From positions 14,818,001 to 14,882,000 of the forward strand of contig OZ024762.1 of the NCBI GenBank assembly GCA_964016885.1: a DNA stretch of 64,000 bases, given 5' to 3'. The position numbers and the translations under genes are program-made. The notes below the pieces were generated by a model. The model was not told the DNA's origin, did no database searches, and saw only the letters and a list, made by a program, of their open reading frames with translations. The DNA comes from Eledone cirrhosa. Lineage: Eukaryota. Shown here one piece after another: positions 26,848 to 41,353 of this stretch (within the stretch, counting starts at the first letter, position 1; every line of letters starts with the position of its first letter).

Positions 26848-27728
26848 GTAGTAAACTACGAATATGTGATGTGTGAGGTACGGTACACGTTAGATGTGAG
26901 AACGACGGAGAAAAGAACGAAATTATTGCAGTAATTATTTATACTATTCATGTAATCTGTGAGGAGGAGGAGGGGTGAAGGTGAAGGAAAACGCGAAGAA
27001 AGAAAAGGACGAAGAAAGAAAAGGAAGAAGAAAGCGAAGGTATTGTGAAGATGATGATGAAGGTAGATGAAGAAGAAAAAGAAGGAAAGAAAGAAAATAA
27101 GAGAAAGAAAAGGAAGAAGGCGAAGGAGGTAGGTGAAGAAGAAGAATAAAAAGAAAAAGAAGGAAAGAAAGAAATGTAGAAGAAGAAGAAGAAGAAGAAG
27201 AAGACAGAAAAGTTGAAGAAACCACGAAAGGAAACAACAACAAACAACGACAAGAATTAAGGTGGAAAAGAAAAAAAATCGAAAAAGTGATTTTTAAAAA
27301 AGTCGAATAGACTAAATAACTGGCTACGTCAGCGGTGTTTTGACGTCTACGTCAGCAAGAGTTGTGTTTTACGTCAACAGTAAACAACACACAAATATGG
27401 CTGAATGAGATGATACCGAGTATATTCTTCTTTTACTTCGTTTTCAATCATTAAACTGTTGCCATGCTGGAGCAGCACCTTGGAAAGATTTATTTAGTCA
27501 ATCGTATCGACCCCACAACAAAATATATATATATATATATAATATATATATATATATACATATTACCCGGACTCCGAACTCTGAGCTCCTGTCGTTGTTT
27601 CTCTAAATATAGTTTTTAAATAATCCCTTTTCTTTAAATCCACCAACCAATGACCTCCACCCATCCCAAACACCACCCTCTCCTACCACCAAAAAAGATA
27701 TAAATACCACCATATTACTTGGACAGTC

Positions 27729-27782
27729 GGCTTCCTAGTGATTTCTCCCGAATGAAACAGTTCTAGTCCTGTAGAAGCCATT

Positions 27783-27785
<3 letters not shown>
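27729..27785 (+). ncRNA. Family A HHR with mutated core
   Basis: Stem I GGCTTC/GAAGCC intact, but the core reads CTAGTGA. Confidence 0.6.
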
Positions 27786-27834
<49 letters not shown>

Positions 27835-27837
<3 letters not shown>

Positions 27838-28118
27838 TCATCATCATCATCATCATCATCACTGTTTTACGTCCGTTCTTCCATGCTAGCATGGGTTAGA
27901 CGGGTTATCCTGTTGTGGGCAGTGTCCGGTTGGCTGACCTTGTCTTGCTCATATGGTAACTGATTCTGGCTTGATTTCTACAGCTGGATGCCCTTCCTAA
28001 CACCAACCTCATTTACAGTGAGTGCTGGGTGCTTTTTTTTTCGTGGCGCCTACACGTCCACGTACGGTGTGGGCTGGGTGCTTTTTTGCTGTGGCACCTC
28101 CACGACCACTTTGCAGTA
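27835..28118 (-). mobile_element. RTE 3' UTR copy
   Basis: Matches about 28880-29150, with a (CAT)n tail. Confidence 0.8.
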
Positions 28119-28151
28119 GAATGATAGGGACCCCAGTCCTATCATCTCATT

Positions 28152-28280
28152 TCTACAGCTGAGTAAACTGGAGCAATGTAAAATAAAGTGTCTTGCTCAA
28201 GGAAACAACACATCACCGGGTCCGAGAATTGAACTCACAACCTTTCGATTGCAAGCCCAATGCTCTAACCACTAAGCCAC
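28152..28280 (-). mobile_element. Second SINE family, 5' part
   Basis: A box TGGCTTAGTGG, B box GAGTTCAATTC, then CCTTGAGCAAGACACTTTATTT. Confidence 0.7.
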
Positions 28281-28867
28281 ATATATACACGTGTGTGTGT
28301 GTGTTTTACTTTGGACGATAATGTTTAGCTTATCGATCCATTGAGTGCTTTGTGATTGCATCAAACAACTCGATTAGTACCTGCTATATTGGCAGCTACA
28401 GCTTCGATTCATATCCAATATTATACGGCCCTTGCCATTCTGAGTTCAAATCCCGCCGAGGTTAACTTTGCCTTTCATCCTTACGGGGTCGATAAAATAA
28501 AGTACCAGTAATGCACTGGTTAATTGCTGGCCTTGTGCCTAACGTAGAAACAATTATATATACATGTGTGAAATGTGGTTTCCGATATGAAGGACCTCGC
28601 ACTGTAGATACTATCAGAAGGACGAATAGGACCCTTCCCTTATGTTAAAGGTACGACAACCTCTCTACTGTTGCTGATCTGATGAATATCACACTCTGTA
28701 CACTCAACTGTAAACCAGTTGGTGATAGGAAAAAGTATCCAGCTGTAGAAAGCCTGTTAAAGAAAGGGTGATGAGGACTTTCTTTCTTGCTTGAATCAAA
28801 GTCACGACAACGTCGCTAGTGTTGGTGATAAACATATCTAATACACACTGCAGTGTGTATTAGATCA

Positions 28868-28868
28868 G

Positions 28869-28900
<32 letters not shown>

Positions 28901-29460
28901 CCGTTTTACGTCCGTTCTTCCACGCAAGCATGGGTTAGAGGGGTTGTCCTGTTGTGGGCAGTGTCTGGTCGGCTGACCATGCCTTGCTCATACAGGAACT
29001 GATCTGGCTTGATTTCTACAGCTGGATGCCCTTCCTAACACCAACCTCATTTACAGTGAGTGCTGGGTGTTTTTTCGTGGCGCCTACACGTCCACTTTAC
29101 AGTGTGGGCTGGGTGCTTTTTTTGCCGTGGCACCTTCACGACCACCTTGCGGTGGGTGGGGGGGGGGGGTGTTGTCTGTATGCTTCAGCTTGTACCCATG
29201 GGAGGTCGGGTACTCTGTATTACTGCGTGACGCCAGGGGTCACGGTCGTGTGTCATTGCCTTTGAGAGGTGTAATTGGGTAAGGTCAGCTTTTATCACCT
29301 CATCCCAGGTCTCCCCACTCCGCGGTTTCCATCGACTTCTAGTGCTCTGCACCTTTTTATGCAGCTGTCATCCTTCATACGCATCACATGTCCATACCAG
29401 CGCAACCGCCTCTCCTGCACACAGCATTTGATTCCTCTTATGCTCAGTCTCTCTCTCAGA
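28868..29460 (-). mobile_element. RTE-clade LINE 3' end
   Basis: LRERLSIRGIKCCVQERRLRWYGHVMRM..GRPG, then 3' UTR and (ATG)n tail. Confidence 0.88.
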
Positions 29461-29524
29461 TATGTTTGGCATCCAGTCATAGAAAATCTGCCAAAAACAA
29501 AACGGTCAGGAGGACCCTGTAATT

Positions 29525-29757
29525 GTGTCAAAGGCATGACAATCTCCCTGCGTCTGATGTCATGATAAAATACACTCGGTAGAGCGTGGAAACGCACGTC
29601 AGCGAGTTGTAGGCTCCTGGCTCGTCCGAGAAGTTAGTGTCAAAGATATGGCAATTTCCCTGCGTCTGATGTCATGATAAAATGCACTCGGTAGAGCGTG
29701 AAAACGCACGTCAGCGAGTTGTAGGCTCCTGGCTCGTCCGAGAAGTTAGTGTCAAAG
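29525..29757. repeat. 112-bp tandem duplication
   Basis: GTGTCAAAG anchors near 29525, 29637 and 29749. Confidence 0.88.
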
Positions 29758-32700
29758 TATGGTGGCTGTGGTGTTGGTGTTGGTGGAGTATGGTGGCTGT
29801 GGTGTTGGTGTTGGTGGAGTATGGTGGCTGTGGTGTTGGTGTTGTTGGAGTATGGTGGCTGTGGTGTTGGTGTTGGTGGAGTATGGTGGCTGTGGTGTTG
29901 GTGGAGTATGGTGGCTGTGATGTTGGTGTTGGTGGAGTATGGTGGCTGTGGTGTTGGTGTTGGTGGAGTATGGTGGCTGTGGTGTTGGTGTTGGTGTTGT
30001 TGGAGTATGGTGGCTGTGGTGTTGGTGTTGGTGTTGGTGGAGTATGGTGGCTGTGGTGTTGGTGTTGGTGGAGTATGGTGGCTGTGGTGTTGGTGGAGTA
30101 TGGTGGCTGTGGTGTTGGTGTTGGTGGAGTATGGTGGCTGTGGTGTTGGTGTTGGTGGAGTATGGTGGCTGTGGTGTTGGTGTTGGTGAAGTATGGTGGC
30201 TGTGGTGTTGGTGTTATTGGAGTATGGTGGCTGTGGTGTTGGTGTTGGTGGAGTATGGTGGCTGTTGTGTTGGTGTTGGTGGAGTATGGTGGCTGTGGTG
30301 TTGGTGTTGGTGGAGTATGGTGGCTGTGGTGTTGGTGGAGTATGGTGGCTGTGGTGTTGGTGTTGGTGGAGTATGGTGGCTGTGGTGTTGGTGTTGGTGG
30401 AGTATGGTGGCTGTGGTGTTGGTGTTGGTGGAGTATGGTGGCTGTGGTGTTGGTGTTGGTGGAGTATGGTGGCTGTGGTGTTGGTGTTGGTGGAGTATGG
30501 TGGCTGTTGTGTTGGTGTTGGTGGAGTATGGTGGCTGTGGTGTTGGTGTTGGTGGAGTATGGTGGCTGTGGTGTTGGTGTTGGTGGAGTATGGTGGCTGT
30601 GGTGTTGGTGGAGTATGGTGGCTGTGGTGTTGGTGTTGGTGGAGTATGGTGGCTGTGGTGTTGGTGTTGGTGGAGTATGGTGGCTGTGGTGTTGGTGTTG
30701 GTGGAGTATGGTGGCTGTTGTGTTGGTGTTGGTGGAGTATGGTGGCTGTGGTGTTGGTGTTGGTGGAGTATGGTGGCTGTGGTGTTGGTGTTGGTGGAGT
30801 ATGGTGGCTGTGGTGTTGGTGTTGGTGGAGTATGGTGGCTGTGGTGTTGGTGGAGTATGGTGGCTGTGGTGTTGGTGTTGGTGGAGTATGGTGGCTGTGA
30901 TGTTGGTGTTGGTGGAGTATGGTGGCTGTGGTGTTGGTGTTGGTGGAGTATGGTGGCTGTGGTGTTGGTGTTGGTGGAGTATGGTGGCTGTGGTGTTGGT
31001 GGAGTATGGTGGCTGTGGTGTTGGTGTTGGTGGAGTATGGTGGCTGTGGTGTTGGTGTTGGTGGAGTATGGTGGCTGTTGTGTTGGTGTTGGTGGAGTAT
31101 GGTGGCTGTGGTGTTGGTGGAGTATGGTGGCTGTGGTGTTGGTGTTGGTGGAGTATGGTGGCTGTGGTGTTGGTGGAGTATGGTGGCTGTGGTGTTGGTG
31201 GAGTATGGTGGCTGTGGTGTTGGTGTTGGTGGAGTATGGTGGCTGTGGTGTTGGTGTTGGTGGAGTATGGTGGCTGTGGTGTTGGTGGAGTATGGTGGCT
31301 GTGGTGTTGGTGTTGGTGGAGTATGGTGGCTGTGGTGTTGGTGTTGGTGGAGTATGGTAGCTGTGGTGTTGGTGTTGGTGGAGTATGGTGGCTGTGGTGT
31401 TGGTGTTGGTGGAGTATGGTGGCTGTGGTGTTGGTGTTGGTGGAGTATGGTGGCTGTGGTGTTGGTGTTGGTGGAGTATGGTAGCTGTGGTGTTGGTGTT
31501 GGTGGAGTATGGTGGCTGTGGTGTTGGTTTTGGTGGAGTATGGTGGCTGTGGTGTTGGTGTTGGTGGAGTATGGTGGCTGTGGTGTTGGTGTTGGTGGAG
31601 TATGGTGGCTGTGGTGTTGGTGTTGGTGGAGTATGGTGGCTGTGGTGTTGGTGTTGTTGGAGTATGGTGGCTGTGGTGTTGGTGTTGGTGGAGTATGGTG
31701 GCTGTGGTGTTGGTGTTGGTGGAGTATGGTGGCTGTGGTGTTGGTGTTGGTGGAGTATGGTGGCTGTGGTGTTGGTGTTGGTGGAGTATGGTGGCTGTGG
31801 TGTTGGTGTTGGTGGAGTATGGTGGCTGTGGTGTTGGTGTTGGTGGAGTATGGTGGCTGTGGTGTTGGTGTTGGTGGAGTATGGTGGCTGTGGTGTTGGT
31901 GGAGTATGGTGGCTGTGGTGTTGGTGTTGGTGAAGTATGGTGGCTGTGGTGTTGGTGTTGGTGGAGTATGGTGGCTGTGGTGTTGGTGTTGTTGGAGTAT
32001 GGTGGCTGTGGTGTTGGTGTTGGTGGAGTATGGTGGCTGTGGTGTTGGTGTTGGTGGAGTATGGTGGCTGTGGTGTTGGTGGAGTATGGTGGCTGTGGTG
32101 TTGGTGTTGGTGAAGTATGGTGGCTGTGGTGTTGGTGTTGGTGGAGTATGGTGGCTGTGGTGTTGGTGTTGGTGGAGTATGGTGGCTGTGGTGTTGGTGT
32201 TGGTGGAGTATGGTGGCTGTGGTGTTGGTGTTGGTGGAGTATGGTGGCTGTGGTGTTGGTGTTGGTGGAGTATGGTGGCTGTGGTGTTGGTGGAGTATGG
32301 TGGCTGTGGTGTTGGTGTTGGTGGAGTATGGTGGCTGTGGTGTTGGTGTTGGTGGAGTATGGTGGCTGTTGTGTTGGTGTTGGTGGAGTATGGTGGCTGT
32401 GGTGTTGGTGTTGGTGGAGTATGGTGGCTGTGGTGTTGGTGGAGTATGGTGGCTGTGGTGTTGGTGTTGGTGGAGTATGGTGGCTGTGGTGTTGGTGTTG
32501 GTGGAGTATGGTGGCTGTGGTGTTGGTGTTGGTGGAGTATGGTGGCTGTGGTGTTGGTGTTGGTGGAGTATGGTGGCTGTGGTGTTGGTGTTGGTGGATT
32601 ATGGTGGCTGTGGTGTTGGTGTTGGTGGATTATGGTGGCTGTGGTGTTGGTGTTGGTGGAGTATGGTGGCTGTGATGTTGGTGTTGGTGGAGTATGGTGG

Positions 32701-35700
32701 CTGTTGTGTTGGTGTTGGTGGAGTATGGTGGCTGTGGTGTTGGTGTTGGTGGAGTATGGTGGCTGTGGTGTTGGTGTTGGTGGAGTATGGTGGCTGTGGT
32801 GTTGGTGTTGGTGGATTATGGTGGCTGTGGTGTTGGTGTTGGTGGAGTATGGTGGCTGTGATGTTGGTGTTGGTGGAGTATGGTGGCTGTTGTGTTGGTG
32901 TTGGTGGAGTATGGTGGCTGTGGTGTTGGTGTTGGTGGAGTATGGTGGCTGTGGTGTTGGTGTTGGTGGAGTATGGTGGCTGTGGTGTTGGTGTTGGTGG
33001 ATTATGGTGGCTGTGGTGTTGGTGTTGGTGGAGTATGGTGGCTGTGATGTTGGTGTTGGTGGATTATGGTGGCTGTGGTGTTGGTGTTGGTGGAGTATGG
33101 TGGCTGTGATGTTGGTGTTGGTGGATTATGGTGGCTGTGGTGTTGGTGTTGGTGGAGTATGGTGGCTGTGGTGTTGGTGTTGGTGGAGTATGGTGGCTGT
33201 GGTGTTGGTGTTGGTGGAGTATGGTGGCTGTGGTGTTGGTGGATTATGGTGGCTGTGGTGTTGGTGGATTATGGTGGCTGTGGTGTTGGTGTTGGTGGAG
33301 TATGGTGGCTGTGATGTTGGTGTTGGTGGATTATGGTGGCTGTGGTGTTGGTGTTGGTGGAGTATGGTGGCTGTGATGTTGGTGTTGGTGGATTATGGTG
33401 GCTGTGGTGTTGGTGTTGGTGGAGTATGGTGGCTGTGGTGTTGGTGTTGGTGGAGTATGGTGGCTGTGGTGTTGGTGTTGGTGGAGTATGGTGGCTGTGG
33501 TGTTGGTGGATTATGGTGGCTGTGGTGTTGGTGGATTATGGTGGCTGTGGTGTTGGTGTTGGTGGAGTATGGTGGCTGTTGTGTTGGTGTTGGTGGGGTA
33601 TGGTGGCTGTGGTGTTGGTGGATTATGGTGGCTGTGGTGTTGGTGTTGGTGGAGTATGGTGGCTGTTGTGTTGGTGTTGGTGGGGTATGGTGGCTGTGGT
33701 GTTGGTGTTGGTGGAGTATGGTGGCTGTTGTGTTGGTGTTGGTGTTGGTGGAGTATGGTGGCTGTGGTGTTGGTGTTGGTGTTGGTGGAGTATGGTGGCT
33801 GTGGTGTTGGTGTTGGTGGAGTATGGTGGCTGTGATGTTGGTGTTGGTGGAGTATGGTGGCTGTTGTGTTGGTGTTGGTGGAGTATGGTGGCTGTGGTGT
33901 TGGTGTTGGTGTTGGTGGAGTATGGTGGCTGTGGTGTTGGTGTTGGTGGAGTATGGTGGCTGTGATGTTGGTGTTGGTGGAGTATGGTGGCTGTTGTGTT
34001 GGTGTTGGTGGAGTATGGTGGCTGTGGTGTTGGTGGAGTATGGTGGCTGTGGTGTTGGTGGATTATGGTGGCTGTGGTGTTGGTGTTGGTGGAGTATGGT
34101 GGCTGTGGTGTTGGTGTTGGTGGAGTATGGTGGCTGTGGTGTTGGTGTTGGTGGAGTATGGTGGCTGTTGTGTAGGTGTTGGTGGAGTATGGTGGCTGTG
34201 GTGTTGGTGTTGGTGGAGTATGGTGGCTGTGGTGTTGGTGGGGTATGGTGGCTGTGGTGTTGGTGTTGGTGGAGTAAGGTGGCTGTGGTGTTGGTGGAGT
34301 ATGGTGGCTGTGGTGTTGGTGTTGTTGGAGTATGGTGGCTGTGGTGTTGGTGTTGGTGGAGTATGGTGGCTGTGGTGTTGGTGGGGTATGGTGGCTGTGG
34401 TGTTGGTGTTGGTGGAGTATGGTGGCTGTGGTGTTGGTGTTGGTGGAGTATGGTGGCTGTGGTGTTGGTGTTGGTGGAGTATGGTGGCTGTGGTGTTGGT
34501 GTTGGTGGAGTATGGTGGCTGTGGTGTTGGTGTTGGTGGAGTATGGTGGCTGTGGTGTTGGTGTTGGTGGAGTATGGTGGCTGTGGTGTTGGTGTTGGTG
34601 GAGTATGGTGGCTGTGGTGTTGGTGTTGGTGGAGTATGGTGGCTGTGGTGTTGGTGTTGGTGGAGTATGGTGGCTGTTGTGTAGGTGTTGGTGGAGTATG
34701 GTGGCTGTGGTGTTGGTGTTGGTGGATTATGGTGGCTGTGGTGTTGGTGTTGGTGGAGTATGGTGGCTGTTGTGTTGGTGTTGGTGGAGTATGGTGGCTG
34801 TGGTGTTGGTGGAGTATGGTGGCTGTGGTGTTGGTGGAGTATGGTGGCTGTGGTGTTGGTGTTGGTGGAGTATGGTGGCTGTGGTGTTGGTGGAGTATGG
34901 TGGCTGTGGTGTTGGTGTTGGTGGAGTATGGTGGCTGTGGTGTTGGTGTTGGTGGAGTAAGGTAGCTGTGGTGTTGGTGTTGGTGGAGTATGGTGGCTGT
35001 GGTGTTGGTGTTGGTGGAGTATGGTGGCTGTGGTGTTGGTGGAGTATGGTGGCTGTGGTGTTGGTGTTGGTGGAGTATGGTGGCTGTGGTGTTGGTGGAG
35101 TATGGTGGCTGTGGTGTTGGTGGAGTATGGTGGCTGTGGTGTTGGTGTTGGTGGAGTATGGTGGCTGTGGTGTTGGTGTTGGTGGAGTATGGTGGCTGTG
35201 GTGTTGGTGTTGGTGGAGTATGGTGGCTGTGGTGTTGGTGGAGTATGGTGGCTGTGGTGTTGGTGTTGGTGGAGTATGGTGGCTGTGGTGTTGGTGTTGG
35301 TGGAGTATGGTGGCTGTGGTGTTGGTGGAGTATGGTGGCTGTGGTATTGGTGTTGGTGGAGTATGGTGGCTGTGGTGTTGGTGTTGGTGGAGTATGGTGG
35401 CTGTGGTGTTGGTGTTGGTGGAGTATGGTGGCTGTGGTGTTGGTGTTGGTGGAGTATGGTGGCTGTGGTGTTGGTGTTGGTGGAGTATGGTGGCTGTGGT
35501 GTTGGTGTTGGTGGAGTATGGTGGCTGTGGTGTTGGTGTTGGTGGAGTATGGTGGCTGTGGTGTTGGTGGAGTATGGTGGCTGTGGTATTGGTGTTGGTG
35601 GAGTATGGTGGCTGTGGTGTTGGTGTTGGTGGAGTATGGTGGCTGTGGTGTTGGTGTTGGTGGAGTATGGTGGCTGTGGTGTTGGTGTTGGTGGAGTATG

Positions 35701-35895
35701 GTGGCTGTGGTGTTGGTGTTGGTGGAGTATGGTGGCTGTGGTGTTGGTGTTGGTGTTGGTGGAGTATGGTGGCTGTTGTGTTGGTGGAGTATGGTGGCTG
35801 TTGTGTTGGTGTTGTTGGAGTATGGTGGCTGTGGTGTTGGTGGAGTATGGTGGCTGTGGTGTTGGTGTTGGTGGAGTATGGTGGCTGTGGTGTTG
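29757..35895. repeat. 6.1-kb 31/25-bp minisatellite (GTATGGTGGCTGTGGTGTTG[GTGTTG]GTGGA)
   Basis: About 200 near-identical units differing by GTGTTG copy number. Confidence 0.97.
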
Positions 35896-36702
35896 ACGAT
35901 GGTTAATGGTATTGATAACGATGATAATCGAGAGACTGTCAACAGCCTACTATCGAGTATGACGTGGTAGCATTGGTTACCGTGGGTACCAAGCATCATT
36001 CCTCCACATGTAACCTATTTTGGGTGACCACGTGAAGTAGCGAGCAGACTGAGTCAGCCTCTCTCTCTCTCTCTATCTATCTATTTCTCTTTCTCTCTCC
36101 CCCACCCCTACACCGGTGGAACATACACACACACAACACGTACACACACAACACGTACACACACAACACACACACACACAACACGTACACACACAACACA
36201 TACACACACACAACACGTACACACACACAACACGTACACACACAACACACACACACACAACACGTACACACACAACACGTACACACACAACACGTACACA
36301 CACAACACATACACACACAACACGTACACACACAACACGTACACACACAACACACACACACAACACATACACACACACAGAGAGACACTGAAACGAATAC
36401 ACACTCACACACTCGCAGTCTGAGTGCTTTAAGCCCCAGATGAAACCGGTGGTCATCGAGGGAGAGAGGGGTGGGTGGGGGGTAGTCTGCCTCCAAATCC
36501 CCACAAAAGTACCAAAACAACGTATTGAGTTCTTCCTTAACGGCAACAGCAGCAGCAGTAGTAGTAGCAGCAGTAGCAGTAGTAGTAGTACTAGTGTTGT
36601 CAGTAGTAGTAGTAGTAGTAGTAGTAGTATCTCTAGTACATCGTTAATTCTCCCCCTTCTCCCCCCCCCCCCCTCTCTCGCAAATGCGTATATATATTAT
36701 AC

Positions 36703-36768
<66 letters not shown>

Positions 36769-37734
36769 ATATGGTTTTACTGTCACTCGTCGCAACCATT
36801 AAACTGCGGCCATACTGGGGCACTGCCTCGAGTGAATTTATTCGGTTATTCTGCAACAGTACATATTTCGTCGATCTCGATTTGTCGAACCGCTATGTTA
36901 CTGAATCTTTCATTCTCTTTTGCATACGTGTGTATATATACATACACACAAGCAACACACACCACCCCAGCACACACACACCCTCCACACACACAGGTCC
37001 TGTGTGTGTGGAGGAGAGGGGTGGAATGGGAGGGGGGGTTGCTTGTCGTCCCCCACTGTGTTAACATTCCCTCATCACGATCATCGTCATCACCACCACC
37101 ACCGTAGCCATCATCACCATGACCATCATCATCATCATCACCAGCATAATCATCATCATCATCATCACCACCAGCAACATCAACAATATCATCATCACCA
37201 GCACCATCATCACCATAACCACCATTACCACCATCATCATCGTCACCACCACCATCACCACCACCATCACCACCATCAACACCACCGCCACCATCAACAC
37301 CACCATCATCACCAGCACCATCACTAGCACCATCACCACCACCACCACCATCACCACCACCGCCACCACCATCATCACCAGCACCATCACCACCACCGCC
37401 ACCATCACCATCACCAGCAGCAACACCAGCACCATCACCACCACCATCACTAGCACCATCACCACCACCACCACCATCATCAGTACCATCGCCATCATCG
37501 TCACCACATCATCATCATCATAAACATCACCATCATCACCATCGGCATTACCAGCCACAGCATTGTGGTCATCGATGACGTCATTGTCGATCACCAACGC
37601 AAACTGCCTCATTATCGATTCCCTACCGCCATTATCACCGCCTTCGCCATCATTATCAATATCATTATCATCATCATCATCATCATCGATAACATTGTCA
37701 TCACAATCACTGCTCTACGAACATGGAACATTGT

Positions 37735-39355
<1,621 letters not shown>

Positions 39356-39494
39356 ATAGAAAGAGAGAGAAAGAGTGGTGGTAATGGATTGATAGTAGAG
39401 GCAGCTACGAATTTTATCGAAGTCATATTTTATCAACATGAGATGAACGGTATTTTAGCATGTAGGAAAGGCATGAATGCCACAGCACATACAT

Positions 39495-39546
<52 letters not shown>

Positions 39547-39601
39547 CTGTGGCATTCATGCCTTTCCTACATATATATATATATATATATATATATGCAT
39601 A

Positions 39602-39701
39602 CAGGGTGTTCAAAAGAATGTATACACACTTCAACAGAATTCTGACAAATATTGCCTGTACAGGTAATCAAAGTGTGTATACATTTTTGGAGGACACCCT
39701 G
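39602..39701. mobile_element. Tc1/mariner-type MITE
   Basis: TA-CAGGGTGT...ACACCCTG-TA. Other copies at 10067-10186, 12744-12819, 39925-40019, 41352-41566 and 43543-43619; partial ends near 190, 10230, 10378, 11835, 12486, 20123 and 41270. Confidence 0.8.
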
Positions 39702-39713
39702 TATGTATGTATG

Positions 39714-39779
<66 letters not shown>

Positions 39780-39863
39780 ATTCGCATTTAGTTCTCGAAG
39801 GGCCGGAGCTCAGCCGTTGGGGTCCTGAATCTTTTCATACATACATACATACATGTATGTATA

Positions 39864-39916
<53 letters not shown>

Positions 39917-40023
39917 TACACATACAGGGTGGCCCCAAAAAATGTATTCACATCAATTATCTGTACAGGTAACATGTATTAGAATGCTGAAGTGTTTATA
40001 CATTTTGGGGGACACCCTATATA

Positions 40024-40106
<83 letters not shown>

Positions 40107-40290
40107 ATGTGTGTGTGTAAGTTTCATGTCAGCTTTTGAAAGCATGGTCACAATCCAGTAATTTTATGTTGACAAGAACCCCAACCAATGACTATGAACA
40201 ATTAAAAACACATTATTTCGGCTTCAAACCATTTAAAATATATATATATATATGTGTATGTATATATATATATGTGTATATATATATATA

Positions 40291-40325
<35 letters not shown>

Positions 40326-40329
<4 letters not shown>

Positions 40330-40606
40330 CGACATTAACAAATGGAAACTATATTTATAAAACCATATTTATTTCATTATACATATTTCAAGGACACCAA
40401 GTTAAATTATGGTGTGCTTTCATCTGATTTTATCTGATGAAAGCACATCATAATTGGTGTCCTTGAAATATGTATAATGAAATAAATATGGTTTTATAAA
40501 TATGGTTTCCATTTGTTAATATCGTATTTTTATTCCAATTATTTGTTGAGTGCTTTATATCAGTTATAAAAATATTTGCTTGTTGTATCCCAACAATTTA
40601 AATAGA
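40326..40606. mobile_element. Fold-back HHR mini-element, family C
   Basis: About 95-bp inverted arms 40326-40424/40436-40528 pivoting at the CTGATGA core (40434-40440); tail to 40606. Confidence 0.8.
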
Positions 40607-40655
40607 ACGTTTACATATATATATATATATATATATATGCAGAGGTTATATATAA

Positions 40656-40848
40656 AACGAAGGAAATGTGGTACGGAACCAGATGGACCATAACGCACCA
40701 AAGTACTCAATACTTGGGGTAGTAGAGTGGGTAATAGGAACGAGTAGGACCCCGACGGCTGAGCTCAAGCGGTTTCGACGGCTAATTCTGGGTCCAGAAT
40801 TAGCCGTCGAAACGGCTTGAGCTCAGCAGTCGGGGTCCTACTCGTTCC

Positions 40849-40851
<3 letters not shown>
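40656..40851. mobile_element. Fold-back mini-element, family B
   Basis: Arms 40734-40791/40794-40851; near-identical to 8312-8510. Confidence 0.75.
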
Positions 40852-40880
<29 letters not shown>

Positions 40881-41313
40881 ATATATATATATAGAGAGAG
40901 AGAGAGAGAATATATATATATATAGAGAGAGAGAGAGAATATATATATATAGAGAGAGAGAGAGTGAGAAGAGGGGGGAAGGAGCTGGGGGGGGGGGGGG
41001 GGGTCGCTCCCAATGCTGGACTGGTACGTGTTTTTTTTTTATCGACCTCGTAGAGATGTCAGGAAAATTTCACTTTGGTCAGATTTGAACAGGGCGCAGC
41101 GAGTTGGAACGAAAGCCAATTTTCCTATATATATATATATAGGAACGATCGCCTTTCGTCAAATCGGACCGAGGGAACAATGTTTCCGTTGGTCTTTCCA
41201 ATTGCTAATACTATCTATCGGTCGCAACTCCAGGTAGAAGGAGCAACGTGAAATATATATATATATATACAGGGTGTCTCCAAAAAATGTATACACAAGT
41301 GTGTGTGTGTATG

Positions 41314-41353
<40 letters not shown>

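Noticed and set aside
28225-28280. tRNA-like sequences with A and B boxes
   Set aside because: They are SINE heads fused to SINE bodies, with no complete cloverleaf.
29545-29605. HHR-like CTGATGT..GAAACGCACGTC in the 112-bp duplication
   Set aside because: A9 is missing, stem I does not pair well, and the second copy disrupts the stem II junction.
29682-35999. Very long ORFs (1348, 868, 600 aa)
   Set aside because: The 31-bp unit is not a multiple of three and gives the same cyclic peptide in all frames; these are minisatellite artefacts.
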